Source: Trypanosoma brucei
Taxonomy: Eukaryota
Assembly: GCA_000002445.1 (NCBI GenBank)
Contig: AE017150.2
Location: forward strand, 480,001 to 544,000
Reading direction: 5' to 3'
Length of the DNA stretch: 64,000 nucleotides
In this document: positions 37,301-48,900 of the stretch, in pieces
Position numbering within the stretch: the stretch's first letter is position 1
Layout of the letters: every line of letters starts with the position of its first letter
The notes under the pieces: model-generated
What the model was told of the DNA's origin: nothing
The model's database searches: none
What the model saw: the letters and a program-made list of their open reading frames with translations, nothing else
Translations under genes and position numbers: made by a program

Positions 37301-39904
37301 TTTTGGTTGCTAATGGGGGTTGTCTTATACGTTTTTTTCTTTGCACGGGATATGGTTATTCGTGTAATCTTTGTTTTCGGCTACTGCCCTTATTTCTGTT
37401 TCCTGCGCCACTCGTCTCTGTTGGAAGTTGCACGGGGCGACAGGACCAGTTTTGGTAAGATGGGTCGTGGACCTTTCGGGGTTATCTCCGTTTCACAACT
37501 GGTGGATCGCGATAGTAATATATATGCCTGCTGTTCTTTTTTTTTATCTTTGACAATAGAATCGAAATCCTTACTTGTATCGGTATAGATTCTTTTTACA
37601 AATTTCCATTTCCGTCTCTGCTTGTGTTCTTAGTTCCTGTTTTTGCATTTCGGTGATGCAGGTGCGTCGGTGCGCACTTCGTGCCGATCATCCAGCGGCC
37701 GGCTCTACCTGATTTTTTGAATCAGACATGCTCTTCGTAATGTTTGGTCATTGTTTGGCAGTGTAGTGTACTTCGTGAGATAGGTACGATCTTTTGTTTT
37801 CGTAGTAACGCTTTCCCTATGTTCTCCGATACGGTGTAATACTTGGAATCGGTTGTGTGCTTTATGTTTGCCACTGTAGCGAAGCACTGGGTGATGGTTG
37901 GGGTGTAAAAATATGTTATGGGATCCGTCAAGTTGCTTTGTATTTGTTAATTTCCGTATGGGAGGATGTTGCTCAATGTGGCTGATACTTTGTGGTCTCT
38001 TGATTTTGTTGTTCGCATGGGCCGACGTCGCCGAGGGAGCAGTAACCCATCGTGACGCTGCGTGTGTGTGATGATTGCACGGAGGGAAAGACTTTCGTGT
38101 TAGTTTCCTTCGTAGGGCTCATATCGTACTTCCGTGTATTGTTCTTTATATTGTGATCCTAATTTCTGTAACATCTATTGGCTCGCACTCCCTCTTTTTA
38201 TTTGTTTCTCCGGGGATTTTTTTTAACTTTCCTCTGCTGGTGGACCCTTTGAGTGCAACGCAGACTGTTGTGATGATGCCGGTGGGGTTTGAGAATGGGA
38301 AGAAGATGCCTCCGGGGAGAGTAGTTGAGCGACTATTTTTGGCTCTTTCGGATTGCATCTACCCTAATTCTTTGTGGGGTTCCACTTAATTCTGCTCTCC
38401 GTTGCTTCGAAGAAACTTCCTTTCTGGCACGCTAATGTTCAGCGTCAGCTTTGTGGCGCCTTTATTAACGGCACTTTGTGCTACCCTTGGTCCGTGTTTC
38501 TGTACTATTCTTCTTTACTGCACGAGCGTGCAGTGTCGCTCTGTCGGACATTACAACATATGCTATGCATATCGTCTCCAGTTTTTTCTTCGTGTATTTA
38601 CGGGCTGGTTGAGGGGGCCTTTTCGATGTAACTTTATTCGTTTTCTGACGCTTTTTCACAGGTGCTTGAGAGTCACCGACAATTTGTCCATCCGATACAT
38701 ATCTTTCGTTTCCTGAAGCCTTTTTTCTTCAAAAAAAAAGGCTGATTAACTGGGTTGTGCTTGTTCATCCGTCATTTGGGATCTAGCTCTTCTTTTACGT
38801 TTTAACGAGCTGTGTTAGGTCGGTATATCTTGAGAGTATGGTGTGCTTGGCGTGTAGTTGGGAGGATCAGGGAGGTGTTTTTGTTTGTGTCCATTAACTA
38901 ATCGGCTTGCTCGGTTTTGTTGTTTTGCGCAGAAGAAGCATGGTGTTGCTGGGTTGTGTGAGTCGGATGCATGCGAGTGATGAAGCAATGAAGACAGTTT
39001 AGAAGAGGTCTATGAGAATATGTTACTGTGTTTATTGCTCCGCCACTATACTTTGTTAATGATAATGGACACAACGGTAACTATGGGGCAGTTACCAACT
39101 CCCTTAGGTCAGATTGGTTTACTGCTTATTTCGCTGTGCGCATCCCGATTGTTGAAGCGCACTTTCTTCATTTGTGCATATCATTTTCCGAAAATCGAGG
39201 GAGCATTGTCAACCGTTTTTTTGTTACGGCTAGTACGGCGACATCAAGTTGGTATGAAGCTATCTAAATGAAGGTGATCGCAATGAAAGCAGAGGACGGG
39301 TGGCCGACGATGCCCATTTGGGAAATGCGTTCTCACTCATTCGTTCTTTCCACTAGGGCTTTCTGCGGTTGATTTCCTCTATTTGTGGGTTACTTGAAAT
39401 CAATTTCCACATTTTTATACCTTTTTGCAAACGTGTGACATCCACCTGCTGTATGCGTCCACCTGAAGTTAGTCCAGACACTTAAGTTAACATTGATGTA
39501 CATTTTCTACCTCTTTCATTGCTTTACCTTGTTACATTCATTAAGCACATTGCTGTGTGGCTCACAGCAGGGGCCTTGTGCAAACAGAAATAGCTCCCGT
39601 TTTCTGTGATAGGAGGCAATAAGGTGTGAGTCAAAGTTCGGGGAGATTGGGTTCTGCTTCCCGATAGGACCCGCCTCTAGCGCAGTTTGGTGTTAAAAGA
39701 TCTTGTCGAAGGAATTTGTACTGGTTGAGGAAGAGGAGTTGTTGGCTTGAGATATACAACAGCTGTTTACCGCATTTGCACATTCTGAACAGGCGTGCCT
39801 GTGGCCCATAAGCAAGGAATTGCTCACGGTATTCTCTGGAGGGGTACCTTTCTATTTCCGGGCTGATAGGCGCTTTTTCGTTCAGCCACTTAACGTCCCC
39901 CGTG
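34301..39904 (+). promoter_or_regulatory. Right half of the divergent strand-switch region; strongly G+T-rich and A-poor on the plus strand for ~5.5 kb; putative dispersed Pol II start zone for the plus-strand cluster
   Basis: Visible T/G excess over A/C on the plus strand from ~34.5 kb to the first ATG at 39905 (runs such as gtttgtgtg, ttttggtt, gttgtt). No ORF over ~190 aa, and those present are T/G-codon artefacts (F/L/V/C/G-rich). Confidence 0.5.
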
Positions 39905-42900
39905 ATGCTCAAAGTTGCTCCGAGTGAGTTGCAGTTTGGCACGCTGGCGGTGAATGAGACACCCGCGTATTGTCGTTTCTGTGTTCAGAACGCTGACACA
40001 CATGAATCTTTATCGGTGAAGTTGACGGCTGCGACTTATTCATCTTGCGTCCGCTTCCAGCTTTGCGACGACGCACTGCTAGTAGACGACGATGACGCTG
40101 ATGGTGGTGGCATGTACGGATCTTGGCAATGCTCCGACACACTAGGGCCAACGCCGAAGTTTTACAACGCTGCCTACGATAGTATTAATTTGATTGAACT
40201 ACTTGAACTTCACCCGAACGAAGCACGAGAGATCATTGCTATCTTTAGTCCCGATCCTGAGGTATTTCCCAATGTTGTGGAGCGTACGGCACCGACACTG
40301 GTGAGTGGTACCATTCAACTGACGTCTACTTCACTCCCAAGAGCAACCCCGGCGCGTTCACTAACGTGGAGCGACGATGTGGGTTGCGTCACCTCCTCGT
40401 GTGCGCCGTCTCCCCTGCTTTGCGCTGGTGACAAAGGCTGCTCGCCTCTATTTTCCTCGCAACCTACACCGCTGTCCCGCACTGCGGACGGTACGTTAAA
40501 GAGCAAAACAGTTACATCAGCCAACCGCGGCTTTCTTCACGCCGCCGTCCGGTCGGAGACTCTGACCCTCCCATTCAGTGCCACCGTGTTTCTTTCTGCA
40601 TTCACTGTGTCTGTGTCAGAGCTCCAGGCAACGATGGCTCCCAGTAGAACGCACCTGATGGGATTCAAAATAACGAATATTTCACCGCTTCCGCTGCAGC
40701 TCGTCATTCGTATGCAAACGATGCCCCACAAAAACGTTGAATTAACTGTCTGTGAAGAAGACCAGTTCGAAGTGTCACTGATCGGACGGGTGTTAGTGCT
40801 TGATGGCCATGCCTCGATGAATTTCACTGTCATCGTCCGCACTGCTGCTGTTTCCGAACTGGCCGGTAGTGGCGCGATAATGAAACGGTTTTGTCACCGC
40901 ACTGTTCTTCAATGTGATAATCTTCGTGATGCACGCAACTCAGAGCTTATATCGGTTAATGTGAATGTTGTGCCTGAGCACCTTCAGAAACCCCTGGTTA
41001 GCGTGGCTGACCCCTACCTCGACTTCGGTGCTGTGTACCGAGGTACGCGGGTTGTGCGGGAGGTGAGTATTTGCAATGTTAGCCGTGAAGATTTAACGGT
41101 GCGCTTGCTTAACCCCCGGCCACCGCACTGCGAAGGTGTACTAACCCTTGTTCGTGGTGCCAGAAGTGAAGCTAGTGGCGGGAAGGACATAAAGAGCGTA
41201 AAAAATAGTACCCCTGTTAAGATCACTGACAAGAAGAAGAGTAGCACCGCTGTCGTAGGACCATACGATAACATTGTACCTGCTGATGAGCTCGTAATGG
41301 CAGCTCAGAAGGGCTCATTGCAGGTTGGCGTCATGTACGTTGCGTCCACGGACTCAGAGTATAAAGGGACCGCGAACCTCAAGTTTGAACTGGATTTCGT
41401 CATCACAGGATATGAGAGTGGTGCCAATAGCAGCAGGCGTGAGCAACGTGTGGTTGTTCGGTGTGTAGCGACACTCTTTACGAGCACCATCGTGGCTCCG
41501 CTAACTAATATCAACTTCGGAGACTGTCCTGTTGGCCAGACACGCCGGGTCACATTTCATATTGAGAACCCTTCGCTACTACCAACTACCATCAACGTGC
41601 AGCTTCGAAGTAAAATTGTCTCTATTGAAGGGGTGCCCGCGCGGCTCTCCGAAACGGGCGCACCTGAAACAGTCGGGGAGTTTTCCATTGCGCCTCAGAG
41701 CAGTCTGCCTTTGACGTTGCGGATGACCCCACAACGTGTCAATCCAACGTACTGCAAGCAGCTTACTGTTGTAAACGTATCAAATCCTGCGGAGGACCGT
41801 CTCATATTAACCATTGAGGCAAATAACATGCAACCCGCCGACATGGAGCTTCATAATGAATTCTATACGTGTGAGAGTCGGCCCCTGTGCTACGAGGATG
41901 GAGTGAACAAAACTAGGGACGGGGCTAGTGGTGGTAGCAGTATTGAAGCGGATGAACGTAGCGGTGGTGGTGCAGCACCGCTGCGTGCTATTGCAAGTGT
42001 TCCGCTTTTTGTTGCCTACAGGCTGCTGTCGAGGGTGAACTATCCTCTCGAGCTGCAGCTTTCTACGACAGGTGCGGAGATTGGTACATTTTGTTTGGAG
42101 GGGATGCCGTCGGCGGACTGGGAGGCACTTGCTGTGGAGCTGCACTCATGCTGTTGCTTTGGCGGCGAGGATACGGCTAGTAAATTGGCACCTGAGCGTG
42201 CGGAGGAGGTGCGAGACGGAGTAATGCGTGCGTTGAATAACCACGCTATGTCTGTAAGTTCGGTGGTACTGGAACCGCGAGGCAGCACCACTTTGTATGC
42301 CTGTATTCTGCGAAATTCAATTGGCGGCGTGGACGCTGTGACAAAGGAGGATGGTATTAATATAGGCATAGAGCACGTCGAACTGCGGCGTTTTATGCGG
42401 CTTTCGTACCGGGTTTGTTCCACACGCTTTGAACTGGGCGGCCAGAGGGCTAAACACTTCGGAGAGGTAAATGTCGGTGAGCGGAGGTCTACAAAGGTGC
42501 CCATCACCAATCAGTGCAATTCTCTGTTGCTTCTACGCGTGACGAAGTCACGAAGTGTTATGGCTGGCTATATTCGTGTGGATGGCTCAGATCGCAATTC
42601 TATTTACTTTCGCATTCGTCCGTTCGCTACGAAAGAACTGGAACTAACCTTTTCTCCGGGGCTGAAGGGGAGCCTTGAGGAACGTATTCAGTTTGTTAAT
42701 ATCCTCAACCCTGGCAACGAAGTTGTAATTACTGTAAAGGCTACTGTCACTAAGGCCGAAACTTTCGATGTAAGCCCTGATTCGTGGAGCTTTGGTCTCG
42801 TTTCCGTGCCAATGCTTCAGCCGGTTACTAGTGGCGTCGCAACAAACGTCAGAGGATCGACTTTAGTGGCGGGAAAGGGAAACGGAGGTGCTGGCAATGA

Positions 42901-45900
42901 CGATAGTAGCCGCCAAGTGGCTCGCGTCGGAGCCCGTTTCACTGTGTCTAACACAAGTAGCGCGCGCCGTGCCTTGCGGCTGAAGCTTGACACCACGGTT
43001 AGTAACAGCAGTGTGGGTGGAGGAAATGAAAATGCCCATTGCCCATTGGAGCGTTTTTTCAGGTTTGAGGGGATTGATGTTCGGCTGCAGCTGGAGATGG
43101 AACGGGGTGGCGCGTCTTCCGGTTCTTCCCGGAAGCTGGAGGAAAAGATTGAGAAACTCGAGCAAAAGTTGAAGATATATCGTCGTAAGAACAAGGTTGA
43201 TAAAGTTGCTGCTGCAGTGCGCCAGATTGAGGAGCTTAAACGCGCACTGATGGGCGAGGTTGTGGATATCAACACACTTGAGCCTGACGATGGTGACACA
43301 AAGAGTAGAGATCCCCAACAACAACGACTTCAGGACTTGAAGTCCCCCCGTGAAACCCCCGAAGGCGAGGACGAGAAGTTTGCAGCCTCCAAGGTGCGGT
43401 TGCAGGAGCACGGTGAGCTCCTCTCAATGCTTCTTCGGGATGGGATTGCGTTATCCGAAATGAATGCTGGGGAATCAATTATTCTCGTGCTGGGGATTAC
43501 ATGCACCCGGACGGCTGAGCACATTCCGGCAGCACAAAGTGGCATTTTAACTTTTGTGCTGTACGAGGCAAACGACACGGAGGCAAGCAGAACCATACCT
43601 GTCGATATAACACTTGTGCGTGTAGAGGGGGAAGCAGACATCGGAACAGTGGTAGGAGGGGAGAGGCCGTTGGCCCATGCGGGCAAAGCTGGTGGAGGAT
43701 CAAGCACCGATGCAAATTTGCCGGGGATACTGCCGCCGACGCCTCGTTCTCCGTCACGTCCAGGGAGCGACAACCCATCGCCGATGCAGGCTCCTCCAGA
43801 AACATCAGGAGGAGCCGCACAACTGACGCGACCAGGACCAGCCTCACAGTGTGATTCCACCTCGTTTATATCACTTGAGCTGGGTGATGTTGTGGGAGTA
43901 TCATCTTTCATGTGCTTTCCAATGATTTCATTAAACAACTGCGTTGTGCAAGAACGGTGTGATTTTACATTTTACGTGCGCACTACTATGGACACCTCGA
44001 TTGTAGTACTTGAGCCCTTTCGATGTTGCGGCCCCGGTGTCGTTACCAGCGGTAGCTACGGTGGGTGTATGGATGCCATGGTTGATGCCTGTGGAGCTAT
44101 GGATGACCGTGAGATTTGTAAGGGATCAGCGGCTGTTAGCCACATGGCGACCGCCAGGGTTGTTGGTGAAGAAATGTCGGCCCTTTCAGGGCCTTGCTCT
44201 ACGTTGAGAGCGACAGTAAGAACTTTGGATGCGTCTTTCAGGTTTTCTCGACGGAGGGGTGCTCTCCACTCGCGACAGCCGCTTTCCATCAACGTTCAGT
44301 GCACACCGAGTAGCGGTGGTCCGCAACGCTACTTTATCCCCGTCGCAAACCTTCAGGACGAGGGCAACGTGACTTACCTCGTGGTGAGCCTTAATCCATC
44401 GCCAGTGGATGATGGATGCCTGCTTAAAGTGGCTCCAAGCACTTTGAGCATGCGCGACATCGTCCTGCCATGTGACACTGCTCTTTTGGACGTCCAATCG
44501 TTTGCTGTGCGTAGCCATGTAGGCCGGCCGCATGCGTTACTTATTCGATCAACTAGGCCGGCACTTGTCAGACTGTTCGAGGACGCCAAATGTAGCGTCC
44601 CACTGAAAAACCCCGTTAGGTGCTCATTTTCCGAGAAACTTAAAGTTTACGTGCAGCTTCGCCCAAGCGAACATTCTCGAAAGCATGCAAGTCGAGTGGT
44701 GACCGCCGGCATACTCATTGAGGCTATAGTCTCTACCCGGGGCCTCGACTGTGGGCATAGTGGTGACCCTATTCACGGAGGTCAGTGCGGTTATGCTATT
44801 CTCGCGCATTCCGTTGTCCGCGTGTCTGCACGCATTGGCAGCGGTGAACTGGTGTTGCGTGAATCATTTATCGATATGGGCTCCGTGGCTCCTCACTGTC
44901 ATCAGGCCCAAACCACTCTAACTGTGTGGAACCCCTCCGACTGCTTTGAGGTGCGGGCTCGGTTGGTTGCCTCCATGCCGCTTACCGGCATTGGCATTCC
45001 CGAAATTACCCTCCCCCCGGGTGGTAAGGTTGATGTGCCCATAACGTTGCATATTCCGACTCCGGGACTTGTCCGTGAGTCGATATCTTTGCATAATCTT
45101 AGCTGCAAGCAGAAGACGCTGAGTGTGCGACTTAATGTGTTGAGACTTGATGAAGCGATATCAGTAAGCGTCGTCCCATATGAAGTCCAGATGCAGGGAG
45201 AAGCGCTGCTGCATTCAACCGCGGTTCATCCCGGATGTGCTCAGGATGGTTGTGGTGTCGTAGCTTTCCCCACCGCTGCTGTTGTATGTGGGGAGGGCGG
45301 TGTGTTTCGCCTCCATAACCCCGTGGTTAGCACCGCCATGCATGTGACAAACAACAGCATGAGGAGCCTCATTCTTATAGCAAGGAGCAGCGCCCCATTT
45401 GTTTTCGGGCATCCTGATACCACTTTGCAGCTGTCGGGAGTGCCACCGTATCACGAAGATGGCTTCGTTTCTATGTACCTGCCCTCTCCACCCGATTCTT
45501 ATCCCTCTTCTTTGGCTGAGACGGAGACAGAGACGGAGGCCGAGGCGGAGATGAAACCGCTTTCACATTCGTATACCCGCGGTCGTCTGCTGCTTGATGC
45601 GCGTCACACACAGGCGGTCGCGTGGACGCTTACATCGACTCCGCCGTTTACTCTAAAGCAGAAGCAGCGGCTGCTGCGACACGAGCTGGTAACAGTGGAG
45701 GTCGCAGCGTACATCTACGTTGGTCAAGTCGTGGAGGAAACGACAGGTTTTCCATTTAATGACATGATGTTCTCGGCGGTGCGGCCCTTGCCAATGGCGG
45801 AGCAGTGCGTTCTCGTACCAAAGTTTTTGCTTAACTTCGCGGTGAGCGAAGGCCGCGTGGAACCATCCGTTATTGACCTGGGCGTTGTTGTTGTGAATAA

Positions 45901-48900
45901 GGGCCACGTGGGTAGTAGTCCGCTAACGTCATCCACCGCGGAAGTCCCTGCGAAGCAAACTGATGTATTGTGCAAAAACGAAGTCGATGTCCCAAAATTG
46001 CGACGGCAAGCTGAAATATCAACAGCCACTGCACCACGTGCGGAGAGAAAGGATGGAAACAACCTAAATCATGCCATATCAATACGGTTGGTGAACTCTT
46101 CTTTTGTTTTGCCTTTGAACTTAAGCGTGGAGTGTGAACCCACGGTGAGGTTTGCGAGCAACCGTGTGACGGTACCTCCTGGTCAAACCGTTGTGGTGGA
46201 GGCTGTGCTCGTTCCGAAGCTGATCCAGTCTGAGGGGCCATTTCGTCTTTCCGTTTACTTCGTGAATGAACAGAATCCAGAGAATGACATGGTTGTCTGC
46301 GTCACGGGCCAATACTACCAAAAGTCGTTTAGGCTTTCATGGGACGGAGTCGTTGATGGCCGCAAGGAGTCGCTGTCGATGCAACCGCTTCGTTTGGAAG
46401 ACATATCCACCGCTACTTCGGCCGTTCTCTCTCAAACAAAAATCACAATGACGGCCGTAGAGCCAAACATTGAGGTTGGAGTACGGGCAGTTGTGAATCC
46501 AGAGCTTGAAGGTGTTATTCAGCTTCAGGCACTGCAGTATGACGCCTCTTCCACCCTGCAGAGCGTTATATTTGGCCAAGTGCCACTGCTGGCCATGGCT
46601 GGAAACACCAATCCCAACAGCGACAGCGTCGCTGGTGTGTCTGTTAACAGTGGTGGAGCCCCTGGCAACGGTGGGAGCAACAATGGCAGTGGGTTAACGG
46701 CTGGCGCTGTGGGCACGGGCTCGAATACTGGTGGAATAACTCCGGTCGGTGCCGATTCTGGGGGCGCTTTACCCGCTGTGGGTGTGGCGGGCAGCGCTGG
46801 AGGTCCGCTGAATGCAGGTTGTGGTTGTGCCGCAGACAATCCTGCAGCGCCGTCAGTCCCAGGAAGGGGCGTAGTGGTTTGCTCAAAGGATCATCAACAA
46901 TTTCGGTTGCGTTGCGTACTTGTTAAGGAGGATTTTCCAGTGTTGGCGGGTGTTTTCTTCGGGCAGCGAAAGCATAAACACACGGCCGATATTCTTCGCG
47001 AGAGACAGGGCCTAACATTCACCAAGCTTGAGGAGTTAAAGTCGCAACGTTCCGCGGTATCCCAAACGATGTGGTTAGGAACACTCCACTTCTCGAATGA
47101 GGTGACGGGAGGTGATGAGGAGGTGCAAATATTTAGTTCACTTAGCGCGTTCTGCACTTTCAAGGTATCGTCCAAACTGGTGCTCCGGCCACGGTGCTCC
47201 TTGACTTCGGGATCCGCCGTGGACGGTGCAACTGCAGTAGCACATGTGGGGACGGCGACAGTAGCTCCCGAGGCGATGTACGTTTATGAAGGTGAGTTGG
47301 TTGTCTCAAATCTCTGCCAGGAGCACGTTGTAAGGCTTTCCATCACCCCGTTGCTAAATTGTGGACATCACGACGGTGTCGTTCTTCAGTGCGTATCGTG
47401 TGAAGGATCCAAGGATACGGCAGGGATGTCTGCGGATGATGCCTCTGCGACGGGAAATAGCAATAATTTCGCCAGCAGTGACATTGGTTACGGTGACGGT
47501 GCTAACCTTGCTGATGTATGTACGAAAAATGACTCACGGGCGTCCCTACCAGTTTCTAGTAGTGCTCATCTACCAGAATTACCGCAAACAAACGTGAAGT
47601 CCCCTGGTACCGCCTCACAATCAACGGTAATAATGCCGATATCTCCTCAGAATACCGTGCGTGTGCGGGTGTTGCTTTGCATAGACAGAGCGCGTAACAA
47701 ATCGAGTGTTGAACAGGGCGCTGGATTGGCCCTGTTTGATGAAGCCGTTGCGTGCAGCTTCGCTGCCGTTCGTATCTCACTTGCGCCGGCAGATGATAAC
47801 GACCGAGAGAAGGAGCAGCAACAAAAGCAGCAAGAACAACTTACCAGGCAACCCTTTCGACGTGCGGATTCCTCTGGTGTTTTGGCTAGTGGAAATTCTG
47901 GCTCCGTTTCTTACAAAGCCGTAAAGGACAACATCTCGGAAGGAGAGAAGGGGGTTGCAGCAGACAGGGAGGACACTGCAGTAGGGAATGCTGCCCCACC
48001 CGGGAGCAACCCGTTGGATGTAACACCCGATGTTAAACCTGACCGCCCCGAGATCCTCTCTTCGCAGCTCACACGGTCCCACACTGTGCTCTCCCTTAGC
48101 GGCAACTGCACCGAAGTGCGCGACTGCACGGGGGTGTACACCTCTAGCTTTTCTTTCAGCAAGGACTCCGTGCCCACTACAGACATCACTATCACTAATC
48201 ACCTCAGTGACGGTGCGGTTGAGTATGCCGTTGCTGTCATTTCCCAAGGCCCACAGCCATGGTTGCTTCTTCCAGTTTCCACCGCTGTGCTGGAACCTGG
48301 GGAGACCCAACCACTTCGGCTCAACATTCTCTCCACAGATGCTGGTTCGTTCGTTGGTCACGTGAGCATCAGCAGTGGTATCACCCCTGGAAAGCTAATC
48401 CTGTTGAAATTGAATGCTGAGGTGTTCCTTCCCACTGCGGGGGAGGGTCTGTTTGAAATTCTTACTTCCAATGGGCAGCGTCTCTCTAGCGGAATGGAGA
48501 AAGATATTTTCGTTGGGAGGCTCTTTGGGGACAAAACTCACCGTGCCCGCGTGGCCCTTGAGATTGTGAACCGCTCCTCTGTTCCTCTTGAGTTCCCTGT
48601 GAGTGTGGGGAAGTCGATGCGCATGGAATACATAAGTGCTCCGGGGGAGGAGGTGAGCTCAGCAATAATGAGGAACAATATCTCCGATACCGCAGGTGGC
48701 CGCGACGTTGATCTGAAAACTGGCCCACGCACCGCGAAGGAAGCCGATGAGGAGGATAGCAAGCAGCAGGAACAACGCGGAGCTTACAATGATGGTGACA
48801 GGGGTTCCGGTAACGTGCCTGGTGCCTCTCATCCCCGGTGTTCCGTCCGACTTCTCGTGTGTCATTTACACAGCGTGTCGGCGATGCGTGGCGAGCGATA

